From the NCBI GenBank assembly GCA_965219095.1, contig CBDCMT010000001.1:1120001-1184000 (forward strand): a stretch of 64,000 nt of DNA, given 5' to 3'. Both the position numbers and the translations under genes were made by a program. The notes under the pieces were generated by a model. It was given only the letters and a program-made list of their open reading frames with translations, was not told the DNA's origin and did no database searches. The DNA comes from Bdellovibrionales bacterium. GTDB taxonomy: Bacteria > Bdellovibrionota > Bdellovibrionia > Bdellovibrionales > UBA1609. Below, in pieces: positions 42,107-52,120 of the stretch. The number at the start of each line of letters is the position of its first letter. Position 1 is the first letter of the stretch.

Positions 42107-45100
42107 TTGAAAAATTTTAAAAAAAAGTATCTTGTTGCTTTATCCTCTATGTTGGCTCATCAAGCCTTTGCAGGTTTTATGTCTTTAAACCCTCTGTTCC
42201 ATCCCTTAGCTAATGATTTAGTTTGCAACGAAGAAACAAAATTTCTTTGCAAAAAAATAGGCTTAAAGAAAGAAGAAGTTATTGATACAGAAAAACTTCT
42301 CAGCCAATCAGACTTCAAAATAGACTACTCCCTTTTTAATCCTAAGGAGAGTGATATTTGGAAAAATAGAAAGCCTATTAAAATTTCTAATCCTCGTTTA
42401 ATAGAAGATCATAAGAAGGTTAAATTTAGAGAAGTGTCTCCTGTGGGATCTGGCATGTTTCGATTTCTTATAGAAGATAAAAAGGGACAGCAATATCGTT
42501 TTATTATTGGAAGGAAGTCTCACAATATTTTATTACGGCGGGCCCTTCTAAGAAAGCTGGGATATATCGTTCCTGATTCCAGTCACGTTAAAAAAGTGTC
42601 CGTTGAATTCAAAAACTCTGTAGCATGGAGGACTTTTCTAAAAAACATGTCCTACGGTGTAGGAACTTCTAACTTATCTAGATGGGTGACTAATATAGAT
42701 AAAAAATCTCTGGAAGATCATCCAGACAAAACAAAATGGGTTATCAGAAAAGAAGCCTCATATGAGAAGAACACATTAATTCTACAAGATGTTATTGTTA
42801 CAACATCTTGGGATCAACTGTACGATTTATCTATCGTCTTCATTAGTTCTGTTATGAAGAACAGAAGAGTTTTCAATTCTCTTCTGATTCCTTATGCTTT
42901 AGTTGATGTACCAGAAAGTTTCAATAAATTCAATTGGAATATGGGAAAACAAACCAACGAACAAATTTTTTTTAAAAGTGATTTCTTAAAAGACTTTCGT
43001 ATGGGATATGAAGATGGGAAATGGATAGCAAAAAAAATACTTGATCTTGAAAGAAAAGATTTTGAAGACATTGTTAAAGAAGCTGCACTTCCTCAACCTG
43101 TATCTCTTCTAGCTATAGAAAAACTCATTTCTAGGAGGAATTCTTTGTGCCTTATTTTCTTTCCTAATAAACAGTCATGTATTATGGAAATTGATTTTAA
43201 AAAAACAGATCCGCAACATCCTCATCTTTTGAAAAACGGTCGCCTCCTCTTAGATACTAAAAATGGTGATCCTAAAGATTCAGACCATTGGTGGGAGGGT
43301 TATGGCTCTCGATTTTCTTATGGCCCTGATGAAGCTCCTCTTTCACGAAAAGAAATGACAGCCTTTTTTACATCTCAAATCTTTAGTAATCTTATCTCTA
43401 ATTTTGTAAGTGATATCAACAAAGATTTTCTCCCTAACTCAGATAACAGTATTCAAAGGAAAGCCTATAAAGAGTATACTGAAGATTATCAAAACCAAAT
43501 CATCGAAAGAATCATGGAGGGTAAAGAACCTAAAAATAGAATCACCTCTCTTAAAAATTGGTCAAAAGATATTCTTTATGTTCGCCTAAATGCTTCTCGA
43601 GATATTATTTTTGGAGGTTATTTAGGAACAAGCCACAACATTCAATTAGTTCACTCTTTTGGATGGGCTGTAGATGCAGGTTGGTTTTTAGGATCTCATG
43701 GTGGTCCTAGGGATCTCTCTCTTTCTGGAAGATCTGGCTTAGCTTACTCAGAAAATTACACGCAAGTCACCCCCTCTATAAGTATAAAAGAGGCCAATAA
43801 GACTCCTTATAAAAACATCTTTGTTCATTTTATGATGAAAAAAGTAAGTGAGAAATTAAACAAGGTAAATGATCTGAAAAAAAAGAAAGAGATGGATTTT
43901 CAAAACAATCCTCAATCTACGAAAAAAATAAAAGAGGAGGAAGAAAAATTAAGAAACGAATTAAGTGAAATTTTAAATGAGCATTTAAAGGTGGGAGAAT
44001 CTTTTATCATTACAAGAAATATAGGACCTTTTGCAGCTTTAAATGCCATTTTATCTATCAGCCCTCATACAAAATTATCTTTGAATTTAAGAAATCAAAT
44101 TACAGAGTTAGAAAGAGTTCATATTCTTAGAAAAGACCAAAATACAGTTCACATTTATTCCTCTAATGCTACTCGTTTTAATTGGGGCTTCACTCTACAA
44201 TTAAGAAAATGGATACCTATTTTTACTTATAAAAATAGAAAGGCCAGATCTGTTCTGAAGCCTGTAAATGTAAAATTCCTTTCTTTAAATATACTTCCAG
44301 ACATCAAAAAAAACCCTGAATTTGAACAAAATTCTATAGTTTTGAAGAACTTTTTTTCTGAACCTTTAAGCACAGAAAATATTTCAGATTTCATTGATGC
44401 GAAAGATTATGTTGAACTATCTAGCCATTTTACAGAAAGTTTCAAAGATTTTAAATTTTTATGGCAATCCTCATCCACTTTAGAGCAAAATAATATTATT
44501 AAAGTAAAAGAATACAAAAATAAGGAGCCTTTTCAAAAAAAATTCATTTGGGCATCTTCAGGTAAAAGGACTGGAGTTAATTATCAAAGTGTATTTCTTG
44601 ATATCTTAAACCATATTATAGAAGAAAATTTAGGCCTTGAAGACATTAATGTGGGATTAACAAACACAAATCGACCTTCAGAAACTATTTTTGGCCATTC
44701 TACAGTCCAGCAGTCTTTCTATGAGGGAGTGATCGAAGAAGAAACACAAAACGTAAAAGAAGCTTTTGTCAACGTTTCTTATCGCTGGAAAGGCTGGGCT
44801 CTTTCTAAAGAAAAGCTGGAAGCATTAATACGCAAACTCAATTCCTTTCAAAAATCCTTACAGGTCAAAACAAACCTTCCACCTCTTCCTATTAGTTCTT
44901 TTTCTCTAACAAATCAGCTTCAACTTTATTCTATCTTTTATAATATTTATATCTATGAAAAAGGAATCCAAAATATAGCTAATTGGGGAAAGCCTTTGGA
45001 CTCACATAAATTAGATAAAAAAAATTATGAAAAAAGAAGATCCGAAAATCTTTACAAACTTTTTGAAATGTATGGAGGTTTTCATAATGTAAATTGTGAT

Positions 45101-45496
45101 CATACTGAATCTTTTAGTATGGGAGGAGATTGCTACTTGTATGCTAAACGACGTCTCATCGATGCTTTCAAAAAGGCTCAAGATCTTTACCAAAAAACTA
45201 TAAAAACAAGCCAATATAAAAAAATAGCAAGAACTACATTAAATATGACTCTGGCACTTGAGCCGATAAATTTTGATGGTCTGATCAATGCAATAGGAGG
45301 AAGTACTCATATTTACACAAAAACAGGTGCTTTTGGCTATAGAGAAGGGGATGAAGGCAATCACAAACCTATTTTTGGAAATTCGAAAGGAAAGCTCCCA
45401 GAACAAAAAAATTTAGGTCCTATTCAACACACTCGTAATAGATTAGGAATTTCAGAAGGCGAGCTTTATCTTTATTGGCTTTTAAGGAGGCTTTAA
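42107..45496 (+). CDS. Large secreted hypothetical protein (1129 aa)
   Basis: Signal peptide ending AFA; long intact ORF; stop overlaps the start of the S8 protease. Confidence 0.85.
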   Translation: MKNFKKKYLVALSSMLAHQAFAGFMSLNPLFHPLANDLVCNEETKFLCKKIGLKKEEVIDTEKLLSQSDFKIDYSLFNPKESDIWKNRKPIKISNPRLIEDHKKVKFREVSPVGSGMFRFLIEDKKGQQYRFIIGRKSHNILLRRALLRKLGYIVPDSSHVKKVSVEFKNSVAWRTFLKNMSYGVGTSNLSRWVTNIDKKSLEDHPDKTKWVIRKEASYEKNTLILQDVIVTTSWDQLYDLSIVFISSVMKNRRVFNSLLIPYALVDVPESFNKFNWNMGKQTNEQIFFKSDFLKDFRMGYEDGKWIAKKILDLERKDFEDIVKEAALPQPVSLLAIEKLISRRNSLCLIFFPNKQSCIMEIDFKKTDPQHPHLLKNGRLLLDTKNGDPKDSDHWWEGYGSRFSYGPDEAPLSRKEMTAFFTSQIFSNLISNFVSDINKDFLPNSDNSIQRKAYKEYTEDYQNQIIERIMEGKEPKNRITSLKNWSKDILYVRLNASRDIIFGGYLGTSHNIQLVHSFGWAVDAGWFLGSHGGPRDLSLSGRSGLAYSENYTQVTPSISIKEANKTPYKNIFVHFMMKKVSEKLNKVNDLKKKKEMDFQNNPQSTKKIKEEEEKLRNELSEILNEHLKVGESFIITRNIGPFAALNAILSISPHTKLSLNLRNQITELERVHILRKDQNTVHIYSSNATRFNWGFTLQLRKWIPIFTYKNRKARSVLKPVNVKFLSLNILPDIKKNPEFEQNSIVLKNFFSEPLSTENISDFIDAKDYVELSSHFTESFKDFKFLWQSSSTLEQNNIIKVKEYKNKEPFQKKFIWASSGKRTGVNYQSVFLDILNHIIEENLGLEDINVGLTNTNRPSETIFGHSTVQQSFYEGVIEEETQNVKEAFVNVSYRWKGWALSKEKLEALIRKLNSFQKSLQVKTNLPPLPISSFSLTNQLQLYSIFYNIYIYEKGIQNIANWGKPLDSHKLDKKNYEKRRSENLYKLFEMYGGFHNVNCDHTESFSMGGDCYLYAKRRLIDAFKKAQDLYQKTIKTSQYKKIARTTLNMTLALEPINFDGLINAIGGSTHIYTKTGAFGYREGDEGNHKPIFGNSKGKLPEQKNLGPIQHTRNRLGISEGELYLYWLLRRL

Positions 45497-48400
45497 TGAA
45501 ACAAATGTTAATTTTTATTTTATGTTTTTTTTTTCTCTCTCTTCCTGCAACCATAAAACCTCATAGTAATTTTAACCCATACTTCAATGATCCTTTTTTT
45601 GTTTACCAATGGGGGCTTTCAGCTCAAAATCAAATTTTTATCAAAGATTTAACTGACATTAAATCAAAAAAAATTCATATTTCCCCAAAAGCTTCTATTG
45701 GTTTTTTTGAACCCCATAACCAGCCACTCACAGCTAAAATGAAAAAGGAAGTGGTGGTTGCTGTCATAGATTCTGGTTTAGATATATCTCATAAAGATTT
45801 AAAAGGAACTATATCTTTAAGCTCAGATTGTAACGAACTCCACCTCCCTCCAACTGGAAAAGCCCACGACATCAAAGACAAGGATAAGAATGGTTACAGG
45901 GGGGATTGTATGGGATGGAACTTTTCCGTTAAAGATGGAAACAACAAAGTTTACGATGATAAGGGACATGGAACTCACGTATCTAGCATCATATCAGCAA
46001 CTTCTAATAATGATGAAGGAATTGCAAGCCTCTCTGCACAAATTAAAATTCTACCCATTAAAATTTTTCGCAACACAACAGAAAAAGAGAAATCTACATA
46101 TAGAGAAGAAAAAGAAAACTATAGTATTGATTTTTCAGAAAACATCATCAAAAAAGCCATAGATTATGCAGTTTCTAAAAATGTTGATGTTATTAATATG
46201 AGTTTTGGTTGGCCTTTGGTGATTCAACATCCTTCTTTAACAGAATCCCTTCAAAAAGCTCTTGATAAAAATATTACAATTGTTGCTGCTGCGGGAAACA
46301 GCCACCACAATGCCTTTATTTTACCATGTGCTATTGAGGGAGTTTTATGCGTGGGTGCTTCAAATGGACTAGGAAAATTAGCAGAATTTTCTAATTATGG
46401 AGGCCATGTGGATCTCTTAGCTCCAGGAGAAGAAATTTTTGGAGCCCTTCCTCTATCACAAGCCACATATGAAAGAACTTTTTCTATTCCAGGCTATGGT
46501 CCTTTGACGGGAACAAGCCAAGCAGCACCTTGGGTTTCATCTGCTGTTGCTTTTTTAAAAGGAATTTTCCCTCAAATTCAAAATGATGAAATTAAAGCCA
46601 GATTATTTCTAAGTTCCTCTCATTTTGACGAACACAAAAAAACTCTTCATGGACTTTTTAATTTAAAAAAAGCAATTGAAGTCAAAAAAAACCCCGTTAT
46701 AAGACCTATATTTAAAAGTCAGAAGGAAGTGGAATTGATAAATGGTCAAGCTAAAATAAAATTTAAATTAAAAAATTACTGGGAGACGACAAAAAATTCT
46801 ATCAAGATTTCTGTTTCAACAATAGATCCCCCTATTCAAAAGTATAGTTTTACGTATCCACAAGGTTTAAAAAACAAAGAGATCAAAACGATTTCCTTTA
46901 ATCTTTCTCTTCCCTATGAATGGGTACATAGCAAGATTTCTCTTCTTGTCTCCATTCAAGAGGGAGATGGTAAAAAAGAAGATTTTTTTCATGAAGTGGA
47001 TGTTTTTAAAAGCTTTCAACTATTTTCTTCACAAAAAATATCAATCCCAATTAATCATGAAATTCAACTTTTATTAAAAGAACGTTTTAAAAGTAAAAGG
47101 GGCATTACACCTTTCTTTGAAATAGGGAAACCTTCAGGATCTCCTAGTTATTATTTAACCAAAACTGAAGAAGGGGGAACAAAAGTTTTTATTTGGAAAA
47201 AAGGGAGATACGGCCTTGATCTCAAAGAGGTTTTTATTCCTAATCTATTAAATGGACAAGGAACACTATCCCCTTCTCTTATTAAATATGACTTTAATCA
47301 TGACGGGAAAGATGATTATCTTATTAGCGGGCTTTCAAAAAAACATGATGAGTCTAATAAAGATTTTGAACAAACTGTTTTATTTTCTTTTTTCGATCAC
47401 AACCTGGAACCTCTATTTAAAAACATTTCTCATCATTGGAAACAAAAATTTCAAAGAATAGTTTTTAGATGGGAGAATCCTAAAGTGAGATTTTTAACTT
47501 ATTCTTTTGAAGGTGAGAAGATAAGCCTTCCTTTTCTTATAGGAAGAAATTACCCTCCTGAAAAAGATCTTCTTACACATCCAGATGATGCTTTTTTAAA
47601 TAGGAATAGAAATTATATTTTCTATTTACATCCTGTCATTAAAAGAAATTCCCAAGGTAATGAGGAGGTAATTTTAGAAGAAAGGATTCTAGATTCTTAT
47701 CATTTCATGAAAAACTTAAAAGAAAAATTAACTCTACACCAAAAATCAGAGAAAAATATCCCTGAAAATCTAAATGCTGAAAACCCTCTAACTACCTTAC
47801 AGTTTCTTTCTTTGTTTCCTCAAAAAAACAAGGAAGAATTAAAGGGTCTTCTAGCTATAGGGGAGGGGGGAAGCAAAAAATACTACATCATTCACTGGAA
47901 AAGTAAGTTTTTAGAAAATAACTTTAAAGAAGCAGATTATGACATACGCAGCTTAGATTATGGAAATAAAAAATTAGATGGAAACACACTTCAAACTCTC
48001 TTTCGCATTTCTAAAGACAAGGTTCTTCCTTCGGAATCTTATGTCTTTATTCGACATTACAAAGATTTAGAAAAGCCCTCAAGAGTACTCATAAGTGGAT
48101 CAGAGAATAACTCTAAAACTGCTAGTGTGTTTACCCCTTCCTTTAAAAATAAAAGTGATAGGTTGACTTACTTTAAAAAAGCGTATGAAACAGATGAGCA
48201 TTACATTGTTTTTTATGAATCTCAAAATCAAATTATAGCAAAAACTATACCTCTTTCAAAAAAAGACAACTTAGAAAACTTTACAAGAGAAAATAAAGAG
48301 GGAAAAACTTTCTTTAAGCGAGTCATTCGCTCCGCTCTATTTCCAGATGTCTTTTTTAGCGAAAGACTTTCTCCTTTAGTGATTAAGAGAGGGACAGTTT

Positions 48401-48645
48401 TAAAACCAGCTCTATATGTCAATGCATCAGAAATCTACTCTCAAAAAGTTTTCCTTTGGTTCCTTGATGAACACAAGGGAGAATTTTTTGCACCTATAAA
48501 GTACAGCCTTAAAGTTCCTAAAAATTGTCTTAGTTTAAAACCTACTCCTTACGGCGAAGGTGATGAATATAAAGCAGTTTTTATGTGCCAAAGAAAAAAA
48601 GACTCCAACATCTTTTGGACCCTTTATTATTACACTTTTAATTAG
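45496..48645 (+). CDS. Secreted S8 (subtilisin-like) serine peptidase with long C-terminal extension
   Basis: VAVIDSG, HGTHVSS, AAAGN, GTSQAAP; aggagg RBS before ATG 45496. Confidence 0.93.
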   Translation: MKQMLIFILCFFFLSLPATIKPHSNFNPYFNDPFFVYQWGLSAQNQIFIKDLTDIKSKKIHISPKASIGFFEPHNQPLTAKMKKEVVVAVIDSGLDISHKDLKGTISLSSDCNELHLPPTGKAHDIKDKDKNGYRGDCMGWNFSVKDGNNKVYDDKGHGTHVSSIISATSNNDEGIASLSAQIKILPIKIFRNTTEKEKSTYREEKENYSIDFSENIIKKAIDYAVSKNVDVINMSFGWPLVIQHPSLTESLQKALDKNITIVAAAGNSHHNAFILPCAIEGVLCVGASNGLGKLAEFSNYGGHVDLLAPGEEIFGALPLSQATYERTFSIPGYGPLTGTSQAAPWVSSAVAFLKGIFPQIQNDEIKARLFLSSSHFDEHKKTLHGLFNLKKAIEVKKNPVIRPIFKSQKEVELINGQAKIKFKLKNYWETTKNSIKISVSTIDPPIQKYSFTYPQGLKNKEIKTISFNLSLPYEWVHSKISLLVSIQEGDGKKEDFFHEVDVFKSFQLFSSQKISIPINHEIQLLLKERFKSKRGITPFFEIGKPSGSPSYYLTKTEEGGTKVFIWKKGRYGLDLKEVFIPNLLNGQGTLSPSLIKYDFNHDGKDDYLISGLSKKHDESNKDFEQTVLFSFFDHNLEPLFKNISHHWKQKFQRIVFRWENPKVRFLTYSFEGEKISLPFLIGRNYPPEKDLLTHPDDAFLNRNRNYIFYLHPVIKRNSQGNEEVILEERILDSYHFMKNLKEKLTLHQKSEKNIPENLNAENPLTTLQFLSLFPQKNKEELKGLLAIGEGGSKKYYIIHWKSKFLENNFKEADYDIRSLDYGNKKLDGNTLQTLFRISKDKVLPSESYVFIRHYKDLEKPSRVLISGSENNSKTASVFTPSFKNKSDRLTYFKKAYETDEHYIVFYESQNQIIAKTIPLSKKDNLENFTRENKEGKTFFKRVIRSALFPDVFFSERLSPLVIKRGTVLKPALYVNASEIYSQKVFLWFLDEHKGEFFAPIKYSLKVPKNCLSLKPTPYGEGDEYKAVFMCQRKKDSNIFWTLYYYTFN

Positions 48646-49494
48646 GGCATGTCGTCAATTAATCTAACCAAACCATAAAGAAGCTAACATAACTTAAAGC
48701 TAAGAAGTGTTTTCTCTTTTTGATAGACATACCGGGAGACCTTTGAGTGCATATTGATAACAATTACAGAAATTAATTCGACGGTAAATCAAAAAGACAG
48801 GTCACTGGTTTAAGCCATGATAGTGACCCTAAAGTACTTGCAGAAGGAGGTGAGCTTTTCGAGACAAATTCTAAACCCTTTAGCTGGCCTGGTTTTTAAG
48901 GCCTCAAAGGGAAAAGCAAAAAAAAGATGTAAAATAGGATTTCAAGACTTTATTTATAAATAAACCAACAAAGGAGGAAAATAAAATGTATGATCACTAT
49001 ATAGCCGTAGATTGGGCACAAAGTAACATGGCCATTTCAAGGATGACAGGCAAATCAAAAGATATTAAGAAAGACTATGGACACGATTTCAGATCTTGGG
49101 AATCTTCGTGCCTATTTAAAAACTCTGAAAGGTAAGAAGATATTGACTATCGAAGAGACTACAACTTCGATAGTGGTTGTATTCAGAATTAAAGGATAGT
49201 GTTGATGAGTTCATAGTCTGTGATCCTCTTCGGAACAAACTTTTAAGTGAAGGGGCTAAAACTGATAAAATTGATGCTGAAAAACTTGTTTTATTGTTAC
49301 GCTCTGGCCTTTTGAAACCAGTTTTTCACTCAGGTGATGAATTCATTTACCTTCGTAAGATTGTCAGTGGGTATGAAGATGTGGTTAAAAGAGGAGTTCG
49401 TGTTAAAAACCAAAGATCAGCTCTGTTTCGAGCTTCCCATCTTGATGCTAAGAAGCAGACTCAATTAAAACGGGCAGAAGAGATATATTTGTTC

Positions 49495-50954
49495 TAGTGT
49501 TCTGACCAGTAAATTTTTTCACAATTTTCAAGCCTTTAATCCAGGTCATTTTATTAAATTATTTTTATATTAAAAAGAATAAAAGTGAAATGTTTAGAGT
49601 TATACCAATTCCAAAAGTTAATTCTACATTTTCATGTATAAGTTTGGATTTTTACTTCTAGAAATTTATAACTTTTAAGTATGGGTAAAGAGTGTATCAA
49701 ATTCATTGGAAAGATATGATTTTCTAATGTTTATATACAATTTAGTTTACAGGCTCTTACAGGCTCTTACAGGCTCGTCTCATTTTTTATAATGGAACTT
49801 TTCTCTGGCTGATTTTCTTGAAAAATTCCATTTTATTATAATCTTCCGTCTGTTCATAATATTCACCCAAGCCTTGGTTCTTTTTCTTAAAGTTTCTATG
49901 TCAGGTATTCTTGATTTTCCTAAACATTGACGAGAGTACATATTGATTGCAATTTCTGCTTGATTTAACCAACTTCCATGACTCGGAGTATAATGAACCT
50001 CAAAGCGAGACCATAGATGCAAACCTCGATCTTTTCCATAAAAATCAGTAAGACTTTTTTTTCTATGAGTGTTCAAATTATCCATAACTAGAACAATCTT
50101 CTTGGAATCAGAATAATGTCTCTCAACAGAAGATAAAAACTTAGCAAAATCCGGACCTGTCCTTCTCTCTGTTACCTTATTCATATAAAAACCTCTCTTA
50201 GGCTCCACAGCACAGAAAACATTTGCTGTACCCTCTCTTTTATACTCATAATCTACTTTTTTTACTTCCGAGGGATGACAACCCGATGGAGGACGAACAT
50301 CATCAAGTAACTGAAGAGGCTTTTCATCAATACACACAACAGGCTTTCCTTTAATCGGAGGCTTCTCATACACTTTCAAAACATCCTCCATCCTCTCTAT
50401 AAATTCATCATTAAGCTCTGGTACACACCAACTCTTCTGTTGCCAAGGTTTTAGATCATGTTCTAAAAGAATAATCCTAACTTTTTCTTTGCTAATAGAG
50501 TCTACAATCTTGTTTTTTTCTGCCCTCTCTTTAATGAGCTCTAAAGTCCATCGATCAAAGCCCTCCGGAGGATCTGAGCAGACTATAGCTATAATCTTTG
50601 ACTTTATGCGATCATCAAACTTTGGAGGTTTTCCAGGACGAGGATCATCTTCAAGAGCTTTTTTCAGCCCAGAATTCTCATAGTTTTTTTGGATGTTGAA
50701 AACAGTTCTAGGAGTTATCTCTAAGTAATCTGCTGTCTCTATGGCAGTTAAATTTTTGTTCCTTAAGTTTAGAACATTGGCTCGATATATGGCTCTTGGA
50801 TTTTTAGACTTCTTTATAATTTTAAGAATTTCTCTCTTATCTTTTGGCTTTAATAAATTTAACATATGAGTATTAAAACATAAAAAAAAAATAAATAAAA
50901 TGACCTGGATTAAAGGCTTGAAAATTATGAAAAAAATTACTGGTCAGAACACTA
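49495..50954 (-). mobile_element. IS630 type C element
   Basis: ~59-bp TIRs gtgttctgaccagtaa...; TA duplication within CTAG. Confidence 0.93.
49780..50865 (-). CDS. IS630-family transposase (intact)
   Basis: PPEGFDRWTL, CIDEKP, DYEYKREG, VMDNLNTH, TPSHGSWLNQAE. Confidence 0.95.
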   Translation of the reverse strand: MLNLLKPKDKREILKIIKKSKNPRAIYRANVLNLRNKNLTAIETADYLEITPRTVFNIQKNYENSGLKKALEDDPRPGKPPKFDDRIKSKIIAIVCSDPPEGFDRWTLELIKERAEKNKIVDSISKEKVRIILLEHDLKPWQQKSWCVPELNDEFIERMEDVLKVYEKPPIKGKPVVCIDEKPLQLLDDVRPPSGCHPSEVKKVDYEYKREGTANVFCAVEPKRGFYMNKVTERRTGPDFAKFLSSVERHYSDSKKIVLVMDNLNTHRKKSLTDFYGKDRGLHLWSRFEVHYTPSHGSWLNQAEIAINMYSRQCLGKSRIPDIETLRKRTKAWVNIMNRRKIIIKWNFSRKSAREKFHYKK

Positions 50955-51498
50955 GAAGGCTTAGATAAAGCTATCAGTTCTTATGGGGAGGAGAAAGCAC
51001 GTTATGAAGCAGAGTTTAAGAGGCTAAGTAAAAAACACAAAGATATTAGAAATCTTAATAGCATTCCAGGAATTGGTTCTATCAAGGCTATCAAGATTGT
51101 AGCCAGGGTTGTAGTGCCTCACCGATTTAAACGTAATTTCTGGTGGAGTGGACTGCGGACTTGTAAAGCTACATAAAATGAGTGGTGGAAGGTCTTATGG
51201 AACTAAGAAGTCTAGATTTTGTCCACAAATGAAAAGTGTTTTTAAGATAGCTGCACTCTCAGTTATAGGAAATAACAATGAATTTAATGATTTTTATGAA
51301 GAATTGATCAAAAAAAATTTACCACCACACACTGCTAGAAACGCTACCAACTAGAAGAATTGCAGCTTTAACTTTAGGTGTTTTCAAGTCTGGGAAAAAA
51401 TATAAACCTTATGGAGAACGTAAAAATGTAAATAATAATAAAACAACCTTATAAAATCATCTGTTTAAAGTTTCTTGCATAGTAAGTAACAATACAAA

Positions 51499-51713
51499 TA
51501 ATGACTTTATGAGGTGAGGATAGATAGCTTAATAAAAATGATATTTATAAAAAATTCATTTCGACGAATAGCACATCCTCTATTCCTAAAATTTACTATA
51601 ATCTAAGGTTTTAAATCTTTGGAATAAATTCATGATTTAAAACTAAAAAAGGTTCATATAGACGAATAATAGGAATATGTTTGTTTTACAATGTGTAAAG
51701 GAAGAGTCATTAA
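51499..51713 (+). ncRNA. Putative bridge/seek RNA of the IS1111-type element
   Basis: Closing stem taatgact/agtcatta; hairpins gaggat/atcctc and tattccta/taggaata, each carrying TTCAT-[N6]-GAATA with N6 matching the target flank and the element right end. Confidence 0.75.
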
Positions 51714-51841
51714 AAAATGGAAAGGAAATGCAGGAAGTTTTTTCTTAGGTGATTAAAATATTCGTGACCGTATGCAAAAAAAATTTTTTATATTTTTTGT
51801 AAATGGAGAAGTGTTTTTTCTTGACATACTTTTTGATAGAC

Positions 51842-51925
51842 ACTCTAAAAATTTAACAGAGTTTGATTAAAAAGCCAGAGGCTATGCGTTAAAAGAATGT
51901 CGAATTAATTTTTGGAAATGGTATA
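51842..51925 (-). mobile_element. IS630-A left end flanking the IS110
   Basis: Reverse complement of 16166-16250. Confidence 0.88.
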
Positions 51926-52120
51926 ATTATAGGCTTTTACTTGAAATGAAAATCAATTACACAATTTGATTGATAGACTTAGGATCTGATTTACAGAATC
52001 TTTACAAACTCTAAGCGGGCTTCCTTATGTTGGCTACCCGCTTTATTTTTTTCTTTAAATCTGTTCTTATGATCACACTACTACTTTTTGAACTCTATAC
52101 ATACAATTTTACTTCGCATA

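Larger units (their letters stand above)
48986..51453 (+). pseudogene. IS110 DEDD recombinase, frameshifted and split
   Basis: MYDHYIAVDW, KTDKIDA, SIPGIG, KMSGG motifs; aggagg RBS; 4-bp duplication near 49070. Confidence 0.9.
48783..51841 (+). mobile_element. IS110-family (IS1111-type) element interrupted by IS630 type C
   Basis: Sub-terminal IRs atcaaaaag (48788-48796) and ctttttgat (51829-51837); AC core at both junctions; long right non-coding end. Confidence 0.88.

Noticed and set aside
20587..48645. Pairing the IetA-like stub with the S8 protease at 45496
   Set aside because: They are 25 kb apart on opposite strands, and the S8 is secreted with an N-terminal catalytic domain, unlike cytoplasmic IetS
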